DNA of 54,507 nucleotides from Priapulus caudatus (Eukaryota): NCBI RefSeq assembly GCF_000485595.1, contig NW_014577064.1, positions 1,250,541 to 1,305,047 of the forward strand, read 5' to 3'. Shown piece by piece: positions 26,760 to 40,660 of this stretch (position 1 is its first letter; each line of letters starts with the position of its first letter). The notes under the pieces were generated by a model. It saw only the letters and a program-made list of their open reading frames with translations, ran no database searches and was not told where the DNA came from. The position numbers and the translations under genes were made by a program.

Positions 26760-26874
26760 TATTGACAGTATATGTTATCGGTTGGGGGTTCGCAAATACA
26801 TATCTCGCATTTTCCCTCCGGAGTGAACAAGCTACCCAGGCTGTACTCCTTGCCATTTGCCTTGCAGGTATCGC
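26760..26874 (-). CDS. SVWC-like protein, exon 2, copy B
   Basis: Acceptor ctgtaaag|GC, then DTCKANGKEYSLGSLFTPEGKCEICICEPPTDNIYCQ+TA|GTAAGT. Contains the VWC motifs C-x2-NG-x2-Y-x2-G and CxxCxC. Confidence 0.75.
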
Positions 26875-27102
26875 CTTTACAGAGTCAAGAATACATATTA
26901 GCCGCATCTTTAATGAACAATACTTGACTTTAGTCTCTAGTCTTGATTCAACTTTGAATGCTAATTATTTCTTTTCGAAACGAAACGCTAAATGTCTGCA
27001 TTAATCGTCTATAAAGTCTAAAAAATGATGCTAGTTTATTAAGCGAAAATACAGGCCAGTATTGAAAACTAATCATGTACATTCTATATAATTAAGACAT
27101 AC

Positions 27103-27181
27103 CGTCGTTGACATCGGCAACCCATTCCGCCCGAATTAGAGTCACGGCTGTAAGCAGTGTGATTATTCCTGTTAGTCTCAT
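27103..27181 (-). CDS. Secreted single-VWC-domain (SVWC/Vago-like) protein, exon 1 (signal peptide), copy B
   Basis: MRLTGIITLLTAVTLIRAEWVADVND+G is a hydrophobic signal peptide. Donor GTATGT, phase 1. Confidence 0.75.
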
Positions 27182-30100
27182 CTTGGCTGTGGTCGGAGAT
27201 GCTGTTAGCTGAATCCTGTATGCTTCGCGATACAAGCATTTACGCTTGTATCGTAGCTGTATATATACGACCGTATTTAATTTGATACGTCTAAACCCGC
27301 ATGCATGCACCACCTACGCCTTGACGATATTTTTCCCGTATATATGCGTCACATTGTAGCGCTGGTATTACCCGCATGAAACACTGACTCTGGTTCACGG
27401 TGCCCTCATGGACAGCTTTCCGGACACTGAGTGCTTTGATAACTGACCACGAAGTGTCGGATCTAATCGAAATACATTAACGCTTCGCCAGTCATTGAAC
27501 AACTGAATGCTGGTCGAAATGTCAAATAACATAGTAGCACACATCAGGGCACCATTGCAAAAATGTGCACATAGTAAAACAGTGTATCGCCTTTCATTGT
27601 ATTATGTATAGTAGGCCTACCGTGCATACGGCATGCAGCTGATGAGTCAAACAAAAGGTATACGCTCTACCTTGGCTAATAAGCTGACTCGCCATTTATC
27701 TTTTCACACTTATTCTTCACCTTCGCTTTCTTCTGACGCCTCACCTCCCAAGCAACCGCTCACAAACAAATCTCAATTTACCTCGTTCTCCACCTCCCTA
27801 TCACCCACCTAATTATCTCCCTCTCCATCGACCTGTCGTCACCCCCGACCAATATCCTTTGCTTTTCTCTTTAGTTTTCCTCCCAATTATCAATCTTCTA
27901 CATACATAGTTTCAGCCACTCCCTGTTGCACTGCATTTCCCTTCCAATGTCCATTTTATCGATATCTGGCTTCCTTCCTTATGAACCCACTATTTTTCGG
28001 GCTCCAGCTTCTCCTCCACATTTCTCCACCTTCAGCCGAGATCTTACCCATTGGATCAGAAAAGCGAATAAGGGCCAGAACCCTAATTAGTGTGTGCGTG
28101 TGCGTGCGTAAGTGCATGCAAAATATTCAACATTAAAAACTCCAAAAAACATATAAATATATATTCAAAGAACTTATATTGAAGTATTAAGCTTTATGAT
28201 TGTGGATAATATAATTTCTTGCGTATTACATGCACACGCACACGCACCGGCACACGCACACGCACACGCACACGCACCACGCACACGCGCACACGACACA
28301 CGCACACGCACACGCACACGCACACGCACACGCACACGCACACGCCCCCCATACTCGACGCACAACGACCACCCTAGATACATTACGTAGTTACCAGTAT
28401 TAAGCTTGCAGTGACGATTTCGCAGAGACATACACTACAGTAGTGGATTACTGAATCAATTTAATGCAATGAACACTACATGCTACACGTTTTATATGTC
28501 TGCGCGCGTTTCAGTTCCACGTGCATTCTGCATGCATATAGGTGTTGCGTGCCGTGCGTGCGCTGCCGTGCGTGCGTGCCGTGGTGTGCCGTGCGCGTGC
28601 GTGCGGTGCGCGCTCTTGTGTTGCGCAATTTGCGTGTGCGTTTGCATTTGCGGTATGCGTTCGCGACTGCTTGCGTAATTTACACAAAAACCTCGCTCTG
28701 CTGAGACCATTCTTCTCGCGGTGCGTTTTCAAATCCGCTGACAGCACGACACGACGATAATAATATTAGCTGTTCAGTTGACTTACGTCAACGAATTTTT
28801 CCATAGTAAAATTTGTAAAAAAAAATTGCTATTTGTTGTACATTAAAAGTAAGAACTGAGGTTACCAAATATATCCTCAAACTCTGACCTGATNNNNNNN
28901 NNNNNNNNNNNNNNNNNNTGAGTAGGATATTTACAATGCATTGTAGTAATTCATGAACAAAAACATTCCACATTATTATTATTAATATACATATATATCA
29001 AATTAGAAACATCAATATTATATCAAATAGATAACAAAAACAGTTGACTCATTCTACTGATATATAAGCATAGATATTTACAATACATAATAATAATAAT
29101 CTCTCAATATAACAATTACTCAACGGTGCAAGCATGAGAGCACGTCTAGGCTGTTCCAAAAAAGAGCATGCAAATGTGTGTATAAATAATCTTGCGTATA
29201 CATGCACACGCACACGCACGACGCACACGCACACGCACACGCACACGCACACGCACACGCATACTCGTACGCACACACGACCACCCTAGATACATACGTA
29301 GCTACCAGTATTAAGCTTGGCAGTGACGATTTCGCCAGAGACATACACTACAGTAGTGGATTACTGAAATCAATTTAATGCAATGAACACTACATGCTAC
29401 ACGTTTTATGTCTGCGCGCGTTTCAGTTCACGTGCATTCTGCATGCATATAGGTGTGCGTGCGTGCGTGCTGTGCGTGGCGTGCGTCAGCGTGCGGTTGC
29501 GTGCGTGCGTGGTGCGTGCGCTGCGGACGTGCGCGCTCTTGTGTTCGCGAATTTGCGTGTGGCGTTTGCATTTGCGTACGTTCGCGACTGCCTGCGTAAT
29601 TTCACAAAATCCTCGCTCTGCTGAGACAATTCTTCTCGTGGTTGGGTTTCAAATCCGCTGACAGCAACGACAACGTACGATAATAATATTAGCTGTTCAG
29701 TCTGTCTCGCACCGGAATGTTATCATAGTTGTTCCACGTAGTTGCCAATTGTTTGCCACAATTTTATACTGGCTGGTTTAACATAATGCTATTTATTAAC
29801 AACGTTGGATCGTTTTACTATGTGCACACACTTTGTTACTATTATACGTATCAGATTAAACTCCTCGCCACTTATTCGTCCACCTCAACAACCTTCTATA
29901 TATACGCAACACAGTGAAAAGCGATCTCGCGACTGCTAAACATACGATTTAGATTACATACATATAATTTCATGGTTATCGGCCACTGTCTATTTACAGG
30001 CGTTATTTGTTAAGGGTTGGCGTCTAGTGTTATGGCTTGAGGCTTAGGCATTAGGCGTTAACTTTATGCGTTAGCGTTAGCCGTATAGAGTTGAGGATAT

Positions 30101-33100
30101 TAGGGTTAGTGTTAGTGTGATGGTTAGCGATTAGGGTATGAGTTAGGGTTAGCGCCTGTTAGGGTTGAGGATTAGGTGGTTAAGGTTATGCCCGTTAGTT
30201 GCTATGCCAATTATTTCTGACATAACCACAGCAGATGTATGCCCAGAATCTCAATTTCCTAATCCCAAATGTGATTCACACAAACATTGCCAGCAGTACA
30301 TCACAACTGCATTTTTTATTTCCCAGCTGTTGACAGTACCGTTGTGCGTCGTAACAGAATCTAAGACAACCAGTGATGGCAGTAGCATCCATTCCATCCT
30401 CCTGCGCGTGTGAATTCCTTCCATTGTGCTCATTTCCATGTTCGCCTCTCACGCAATAGTTGACATGATCTACTGTGATACTACGTAGGCAGTTAGCCCT
30501 ACGCTAGTAGAGGTTTTCGCATTATTTCCGTGCGTCGCTCGCGTGCGGTGCTCGCGCGCTATATAGTTATCGTGTTTGTGCGCATGGCGTGCTCGTGCGC
30601 GTATATCGGTATGTTTGTGTGCGGGTGCGTGCTTACGCGCGTATAAGGTATCTGTTTGTGCGCATGCGTGCTCGTTGGCGTATATCCTGTATGTTTGTAT
30701 GAGTGCCGTGCTCGCGCGGTATAAGTATCTTGTTTGTGCGCATGTGTGCTCCGTGCGCGATATATCTGTATGTTTGTGTTGCGGTGTGGCGTGCTTGCGC
30801 GCAGCAGTATTAAGATAATCTGTTTGTGTGCGTGCATTGCTTAAGCAACGATATACGTTTTTGGCATGTAAAGTAAGTACACGTGTACTATAACCAGCAA
30901 GCCAAAAAATCAACGCTAATTTTTTGGTCCTGCAGTCTCTTGATCTTCTCCATCTGCGTCGTGGATTGTGATGCTTTCTATTATGAACGCAAGAATTAAA
31001 CACGAGAATAAACACATCTGAGTTAAATATAAGCTAGGCTAGCCGAATCAAACGCTAGATACGAGCACAGAATACCTCAGTGTCTTCTAAATATATTTTG
31101 GTAATAGGAAGTAGCAACATGGAAATAAAATCAATTTGTGCATGAATATAGATATGTGTCACACATGTAAACGCGTTCCTCCGCCTCTGCTTATGCTGTT
31201 GTTAAAAATTCTCCACACACGTTACGTTCCAAAAGTTTTCCCCTATATAAAAACGGGGACTTACATATTGGCGATCTTGCGAGAAGATATTCTGTATATC
31301 AGGCATGCCATTGTCTTTTTCGCTATGTAGCCACTTCGGTGTCTTTCGCGTCCATTCACGTAGCGGTGTTTTGCATGCCGCTGTTGCCAAGTCACGCTGC
31401 TGCCACCTGGTAACAGGCTGTATCAAAAATTATTCAGGCGCGACAATAGATGAAAAGCTTATACTGGCTAAAACTATTAATAATCAATCTTGATAACCTC
31501 ATAAAGATTCATCTTGCTATAAGTTCTAAGGCTTTGCTCTCGAAGATGGAGCTAGTCACGATTGTAATCAACCTTTGTAAAGTACCTGGCATCGCGTGGG
31601 GGCTACAGCAAAACATTCACTCATTGCCTGTTGCTCATTTGCACGCGCATATATCCTTTTAAGCGGACTACGGTTTTTCGGTTAAATATCTTTCCGCTTG
31701 TATATATGTAAACCTCAACCAGCTGAAAAGTCACAGTTGAGGACCTCGTCTTACCTCACCATTTGATTGAATGAATCCGTGGCACCATTTCACGGCTTCC
31801 ACCGGCCACCGGACGGGATAAACGGCTTATTGAACTGAAATGAAACAAAATAGAAGGCCGATATGAACATGAGTATCCATCAGAATGGTCTAGATCTCAA
31901 AATGTTTTTACGTTGGTTAAATTTGCAAAAATCTAAACGATTTGGTAATTTCTGTTGTCTAACACTATTCCACCAGTACTGTTCAGATACTGGCGTCTCT
32001 CTGTTTTTCACCGGCAAATTAGGGCATATAAAGAAGGTATATGAGCATGAAAAGTAAACAGAAACACTAATTGTATTTTCATACATTTTATTTTGTACAA
32101 ATAACACACAAATATACTACTTGATGGTGCTAGAAATTCGTGACGTAATCACTTTCAGTATGCACCGGAATGTTATCATAGTTGTCTCCACGTAGTTGCC
32201 AGTTGTTTCCACAATTTTATACTGGCTGGCTGGCACACTTTGTTACTATTATACGTATCAGATTAAACTCTCGCTCCTTATTCGTCCACCTCAACAACCT
32301 TCTATATACGCAACACAGTGAAAAGGAACCGCGACTGCTAAACATACGATTATATTACATACATATAATTCATGGTTATGGCCACTCACTGTCGTTATTT
32401 ACAAGGTTATTGTTAGGGTTGGAGTTAGTGTTATGGTTAGGCTTAGGATTAGGGTTAGCGTTAGCGTTAGCGTTAGCGTTAGAGTTAGGATTAGGGTTAG
32501 TGTTAGTGTGAGGGTTAGGATTAGGGTTAGGCTTAGGGTCAGGGTTAGGATTAGATGGGTTAAGGTTATGCGTTAGTTGCTATGCAATTATTCTGACATA
32601 ACCATACAGATGTAATGACCGAATCCAATTTCCTAATCCCCAAATGCGATTCACAAACATAGCAGCAGTACATCACAACTGTATTTTTATTTTCCCAGTG
32701 TTGACAGTACCGTTGTCGTCGTAACAGATCTAGGCAACACAAAACATGCAGTGATGCATAGCATCAATTCTCATCCTCGCTGCGCGTGTGAATTCTTCCA
32801 TTGTGCTCATTTCCATGTGCCTCTCACCAATAGTTGACATGATTACTGTGATACTACGTAGCATAGCCTACTATAGAGGTTTTCGCATTATTTGCGTGCG
32901 TGCTCGCGCGCGTATAGTTATCTGTTTGTGCGCATGCGTGCTCGTGCGCGTATATCGTATTATGTTTCTGTGCGGGTGCGTGCTTGCGCGCGTACAAGTA
33001 TCTGTTTGTGCTCGCCGGCCAATCGGGGCCGTCGGCCCGCGCCTGTCGCGCCGGTCCAATCCGCACAGCGCTATCGTCGCCCCCGCGTCACAGCGCTCCC

Positions 33101-36100
33101 CCGCTGACGGACGAGTGCATGCCTCGCAACGTACGCGTATTTCACGGGTGTCGTAGCCGATCTGATTTGCTGGCGTGCTATTGCTTACGTCACGTATAAC
33201 GTTTGCGGAATGTAATCAAAGTAAGTACACGCTACTATAACAGAAGCCAAAAATCAAACGTAATTTGTGGTTCCTGCAGTCTCTGTTTCTCATCTGCCGT
33301 CGGTTGATTTGATCTCTATTATGACTGCAAGATAAACACGGTGAGAATAAACACGATCGGCAGTTAAATAATGCTAGGTGTAGGCGGAATACAAATCAAC
33401 AGAATAACCAAGCTGTCTTTAAATATATTTTGGTATCATAAGAAATAGCCAAAATGGAATAAATCGATGTGCCGATATAATATGTGTGCACACATGTAAC
33501 GCCGTTGCCTCACGCTCTGCTTATGCTGGGTGCTTTAAAATTCGCCACACACGTTACGTTCAAGGCTTTCTCCCCTATCATAGGACGGGGATTCACATAT
33601 TGCGCATCTTGCCGCAGAAGAGATTCTGATCTCAGTGCATAAGCCATTGTCTTTTTCATGTAGCCACTTCGGTAGTCTTTCGCGTCCATTCCCTAGCCGC
33701 GTGTTTTGATGCCGCTGACTGCCAAGTCACCTGCTGCCACCTGGTAATCGGACTGTATCAAAAATTTATTTCAGCGCGACATAGATGCAAAAGCTTCAAT
33801 GACTTGGCTAAAACTAATTAATATCAATCTTTTGTAACCTTCATAAAGCATTCATCTTTCTTAAGATTCTAAGGCTTGTCTCGAAGATGCGAAGCTGGTC
33901 ACCGATTGACCCAAACGCTGTAAGGTACGTGGCATCGCCGCTGGCGGCTAACAGCAACATTTCACTCATTGCCTCGCTCATTTGCACACGCAATACCTTT
34001 TAAGCTGGATGATACGATTTTTGCGGGTAAATATCTTTCGCTTGTATATATGTAAACCTCGACCACGCTGAAGTCACAGTGAAACCTCGTGCTTTACGAG
34101 TCACCATTTATGAATGATTCTGTGGCCACCTTTCCCACGTTCCCACGGCCACCGCGTCGGGATAACCCCTTGAACTGCCCAATGAAACAAAATAGAATGG
34201 CGGATATGAAATATTGAGTATCATCAGCAATGCGTCTATAGGCCACTACTCGTTTAGAACTTAGCAGTTTCTGATCTGACCTTTACACCAATTTGATTTT
34301 TAGATTAAATTTCCCAAAAAAATCTCTTTGCTTGCTTAACTCAAATAGCCATCAGCAATTATGTCAGCCATGCAGGAAATTGCCTAAGATTAGAGCAGCT
34401 GGAAATCGATAGCTGACTTGAGCTCAATAACACAGGCAAAAACTCTATATCATACGGGCTAGCAGGACACTACCCGAGTTTCGATGCAATCTACGATGAT
34501 GCCCCCGGTAGAGTGCTCGTTAAGAAACGACTCCGCATAAAAAGTCATATTCGACTCTGCCTGTTGTTCACTACACAATGCGCCAGCACGACGAATAGGC
34601 AAAACCGGGTCGACGGTCGTCTATGGTTGCTCAGACATTCTCCGGCAGTCTCGCAGGAGGCTTTGCATGCAGCGCCACCTGGTTACAAAGCGACGTCGCA
34701 GGGCCGGACCCTGAGAGTAACCGGCGTATACAACTAAGGCAGCGAAGATAGTACATTCCTGCTGGAACCGAGTCATTGCGAGGGCCCACAGTTCCACATG
34801 TGGCGGAGACATTATGTGAGAACGACGGCGCACAGGAGCAGAGGAGCGTCTTGGTTGCGCGGCGCGCAGGGTCTTTGATAGGGGCGAGGCACTCACGGTG
34901 CGAATCGATAAAGCCACAACTTTTATGACAGAGGTGCCGTCCTCCCGGCAGGTGACGAAGACCGTAACGCCGTCTTACGTCGATCTGCCATCAGTCGCGC
35001 CTTACGTCGACACACACTTATGTCGTTGCGCTTACAGCTGACGGTACTCCACCTGGCGAGAAGAGCATGCCAAGAAAACTTGCCTAAACAAGGTGAGGCA
35101 GCATGTGGCAAATTCACAGTTAAGGACAAGGGTCTTTATAGTGTTCGATCGAATTTAGAACCATTGGAATGAGGCGCGAGGCTCTCGCCCGTCACTCCGA
35201 TTACGAACAAAACTCGATAGGCGACAGGAGGTAAAACGTCAATCGCTGTGGGCCGGTGCAGGTAAGACACCATTCCAATCGGCTTCGCAGTGCATATACA
35301 CGGTGACGGAAAACGTACGCACCGGAAAAACTGATCATCGGGGTGGACTTCTTAAATAAACTGTCCAAAAAAGCAGCTTACCTGATACGCGCTTCAATAA
35401 AAACGGCATCCGTCCAAACCACCATGCCCATGGCCACTGCGTTCTGCAAACTGGCCGGTCGCGACGAATCCATTGGGGATGAGAGCGCTATGCACGGGAG
35501 AATCATTGCGAAGAGGCTCGCAAAGAACACGAATCCACTTTGTGTAAGTGCTTTCATGCGCCGACCAGATTGCGCGCGCAGAGACGGTGAACAGCAATGC
35601 GGCGATCGCTCGTCTGCATGGAAGCTGTCGGCAACCACGTCTGAAAGGAAAGAATGTGTATTAGCATGTCGAGAAAGTCTCAACAGAGATCGGCGAAAAT
35701 GCATTTCTAAAACTCGCCGTTCAGCTCGCACACGTTCTCTCGAAAGACTGCAGGAAAGAAGCGATGAAACGTGAAACAGCTGAATCGCGCCCGACCCAAT
35801 TTAAGAGGACACTGCGTAGGAAATATTCGAGCGGCGTTAGGGCTAGTCATCGCCCACTGCCCTGATAGCTATAGCAAACTCATTGCCTAATCTTGCACGC
35901 TGTAATACTATAAGCGGATACGTCTTTATCAAGTTAGAATCTTTCGCTTGCATATATGTAAGCCTCGACACGTTTCAAGGTAACAGTGAACAAAGCTTCT
36001 CAGTCTTGCCAAATCAACATTTATGAAGTGAAATTACCTGGCACATGTTCCCACGCTCTACTCGGCCCAACCGGGTCGGCGGAAAAACTCGAAATCGTCG

Positions 36101-36985
36101 ACTTTTAACTGCCAATCGAAACAAAATAAAAGGCGCATACGAACTACGAGTATGCCATCAGAAGAGGGTAGTAGTCACTACTCGTTATAGAACTTTAGCA
36201 GTTCTGAAGTTATACCTTTATGACCCATGATTTTTAAGCGCGAAAGTTTCCGCAACCACATATTGTCCTGCTGTTTTCAATAAAGTCCCCTAAATTCTAG
36301 TACAAGCACAACTTTATGACGGAAGTGCCGTCCGTCGTCAGGGAAGGAAGAACCACACCGTTCGAACGGTCGGGTCAGCAGGTGGGGTCTCACGTCAACG
36401 GAAATGGCGGGGTGTTTGCCCCGTTTTTTTAAATTGCGTCGGGTTTAATGGGCGTATTAACTTTTATTATGTAATACGAATGTATACGGAAAACGACTCC
36501 ATGATGTCTAACTATGATTAGCCTAAATAGAGCACCTACACCTGAATTTTCGTGTACAAGCTACAAAAACTAGCTAGGGCCTAACACTAATCACGCTAAC
36601 GTAGTTTGTATGATTTAGCAAACGTAAGTAAACATTTTAAATTTATTAGCTTAAAATGTTTACTTACGTTTGCTAAATACCATACATTGTCCTCATACAT
36701 AAGTAATCTAAAGCATTATTACTGAGATTGCATCATGCATATGTGAGAAATTACGTAAACATTAACAAATTGCATTTTTCTTTCAAAAAACATTTCTGGC
36801 GGCGTGCGATGTGTTGCGAGATGGCTGTGAGGCAATTCGCTCACTGCACCTGCCCACTAATTTAAGAATGACTCCTAACATAGATATATTAAAAACAAAG
36901 GTATTTGTACGTATATATGTGTACTCGTTATATTATCTTGCATTCTAACTATTGAAATAATATTAGTGTAGAAATAACGTATAGA

Positions 36986-37018
<33 letters not shown>

Positions 37019-37462
37019 TAAGTATAAGAAATAAATATAGCTGCCTCATATTCCTATATATAGATATATTCCTACTATATATATATTCTATATTTCTATG
37101 CCTCTAAGCTAACTGACGTCAATGCTTTAGTATTGACCGCTCTTATTCGGCCAGGCGCAGCACCAGGTTGTACAGTTTGCTACAGTAAAAAACCCGCCAT
37201 ATAGAACATAGATTTTCCAAGTTTTGCCTCAACATTTCTTATATAGAATGGTGCTTACTAAAAATTAGGCCCTCAAAAGCCCGTTCTTAAATAGGTTCTT
37301 AATGTTTTTCTACTTTGAATATGTACTAGCTGCAAACCCGCGCTACGGCGGGCTTAGCTGACTGTGATGCATGTAGTTACCAGATACAGCTACGTGTTTG
37401 GCTTTAAGGTGTTATATNNNNNNNNNNNNNNNNNNNNNNNNNCTCTCTCTCTCTCTCTACGT

Positions 37463-37536
<74 letters not shown>

Positions 37537-40500
37537 CAGGGGTTAATAATGACATAATTTGTCATTATTAACCTCTGATATTATGTATGTATATTCGTGT
37601 GTACATACATGCATATTGTTGTTTATAAATTATATAAAAACATACCGATATTATTTCTACTTGCTGTATGGTGCTGGGAGAAGGTTTATGCGCCTGTTGC
37701 GGCACTAGCCTTCCCTACAGTATGTATAGTACAGCACATGGCAACCAATGGGTTAGGCAACCTCGCTAACGCTAACACACTAGCAGGAGTTTGGCCTCTC
37801 TACTGGCTATTCGCTGCCCCTGTGCTGAGACTGTCATAGACTGTCCTTGTTCCACATGTGTGTGACTGGCCGAACGTGTCTGCGTTTGTGCTTTGCGTTT
37901 GCGTTTGTGTGAAGTGTCCTGTGTGCAGTGACGGGCGTGCCTGAGCGAGTGTATGTGCTGGGTTGCATCTACTGCCTATTACTCATCGCTGCCTGGGTAA
38001 GTAGATCTCCCTACATCCGGCGATGTAGATAACCGTAAGGACCAGTCACAAAACATTTCAGCTGTCAGTGCACTGCGTGTGAAATGATGTTCGTAATTTC
38101 GTAAAGCTGGAGAAAACCTGATGCTAATATAAGTGGAAGGAGTTGCCGCACATCCAATCCAGGGTCGAATTCTAACTAGACATTGTGCGTGGTTCTTACT
38201 ATTTTAGTCGTTCACTCTCTCCACGCACATCCTCTTTCCCACTCATCCTCTTTCTCGACCCTGTCTGCCTCTCTCACCGTACTATTCTCGCTGCCAGTAG
38301 TGTGGCCATAGTCATGAAGTGAGAAATTATATATAAAGGCCACAGCAAGCTCAAACACTATCTCCACACAGCTGCGCTACTATTTATGTCAGCCCACCAG
38401 GGTCATTGCAGGACCAGTTTCACGCATTGTTCCTACTTTAGTGGAGACTGTTATTGTACTGTCACCTGCCCTTTAATACTATCCGTGGTCCAAGATTGAC
38501 CCGGGCCAGGCAAACTAACCTTCAGTGTACTTACTGTTAGACAGCAAGGAAATTTCTGCACAAATACTAAAAATAGATGCAATGCCAATATTACCACTAT
38601 TTCCCCCTCCACTCACCTACACTTGTTTTGGCCTGCCCCATTTGATCATTTCTTTCACGTGCATGTGACACCACTGCGTAAACTCACCCACCACCCGAGT
38701 TTCACGTGCATGTGACACCACTGCGTAAACTCACCCACCACCCGAGTTTCTTTGTGTCGCTGTTTATTGTTTCACTCCGGCACCAGTTTATATCAACAAC
38801 GTATAAAGAATATCCTTCTTTATACGCTCGTGTTTATATCGTGCTCGCCCGGTGTTTTATGAAATGTAAGATGTGCTTAAATTAAAGCAGTGTATGAGGG
38901 GCTACGCATCCTCTCCTTGTCTCCATGCTAATACCTACTCTATCTCGATCTCTCTATTTCTCTCTCCCACACGACAAAGGCAAACCCTACCCTCTCAGCT
39001 TCCGTGTCACGTTCTAATTTCACAGCCTCCCCGCTGCATACGCTTTGTTACATTCTTGGCGTTGCATACCCAATGCGCAGGCTCTGGATGGTAGCTTGCC
39101 ACTTGCGGCTTCCCTGTCACATCTGCTCGTTAACATTACTGCCTGGGTACCATCCACATCATCTCGCTTGTAGCTTGGTAATCGTGCACTCCCTATAGCT
39201 CAAGCGATTGTTCTCGTTTTAGTGTGGGCTGTGATGCATTCATGATCATCCCCAGAGATTGGCGTTTGTAAAATTACCCGCATTGGAAAAAATGTGGCGC
39301 AATGTGGCTACGTGTTTCGTTTAAAATGCTCGGGGTTTTGCAGAGTTCAGCCATAGACTGCAGACTGATCATTGCGCTTTGTTAAATACAGCTTTGCACT
39401 GTTGCTCAGACTCTCTCTTTCCTCCTATCTCTCCCCTCAGTCCTTTCCTCCTATCTCTCCCCTCAGTCCTTTCCTCCTATCTCTCCCCTCAGTCCTTTCC
39501 GTACTTTATCTCGCTGTTCATAATTCCGTCTATGCGTCGATTCCCGTCTTTTCATGTTCTTGGGCTTCTACACCTCAGTCTCTATCCTGCAGCATCTCTC
39601 TGTGTTCCTAAGTCACTCGCTGTGTTATTGTAAGCCTCCTTTTGTGTTCCTCAGTCTTTCGGTGTGCCTCGCTGCCTCCCTTTGTGTTTGTAAGCGTCGC
39701 ACCGTGTTCGCCTGCTTCTCAGTGTCCCACAGCCTCTCAGTGTGTACCTAACATGTCTTTGTCTTGCTCAGGCGCTCTGTATTCCAATCTCAGTGTTTCC
39801 TGGTCTTTCCCCGCGCGCCATAGCCACTGCCTGTGCTCTTAAAAGTTTCTCCCCGTGTTATAAACACAGCATTAAATGTAACTACACCGCATCATTGTGT
39901 TACTGTGTCAGCGTGTGTGCGTATACAGACACTCACTTGCACTGGTAGCTTATCGCTGCCGTGACGTCATGGCTTCAGCACCGGTTCTTAGTCGGCGCGA
40001 GGCTTACTAGGAAAGGCTGCCTGTCGCTCGTTCATACTGGGAATTGAATGAAAACGAATTCAATGTTGAAGTGTACAAATGCCCGGAGCCGACCTAATTA
40101 AAGTTCGTCATTAGTCCAAGAGCCTAAAAAACATGCCGCGTGTGCATGATGAGTGAGTGGATCATAGGGAGAGGGTAACAGAGTAACGAGGGGGAGTGGC
40201 AGGCTCTATATATGCGTACATGTACATGTGTACTAGAAGCTGAGTACGTGCACGTGTTTATGTGTGTGTGAGAGAGAGAGGCCCACTCTAAACGATTCTA
40301 CTGCTTGCCGTAATATGACCGACCAGCCAAAATAATGCCGGTGAGACCGTTGAGTTAGCGTTCAAACTAATTCTCGCATGCGCGTAAAGGAATCCATTGC
40401 CTGCTCACCGACTCATCCCTTGATATATGCTAGCCTCAGTGTGACTTCTGCAATACACGAGGCTAGGTAAAGGTGGCCTAACCGCGACACCGCTCTAGCC

Positions 40501-40660
40501 ATCGACTTCCCTGTGGTCACGGAGATATTGCTGCTTGGTACGGAGGCTGCGTGTCGACTTGGCAACGCAGACGCGAGCGTGTGCGTGCGTGCGTGCGTGC
40601 GTGCTAGCGTACGCGAGAAAGAGAGAGAGCAGGCACAGGGCGGCAGGGTTGGGCGCTGCT

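Larger units (their letters stand above)
26266..37179 (+). repeat. Large direct duplication, copy B (inside NLK intron 1), with internal re-duplications
   Basis: Matches 15273-24189. Segment 28919-31897 re-copies about 17219-20307, and about 32160-32900 re-copies about 29710-30520. Confidence 0.92.
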
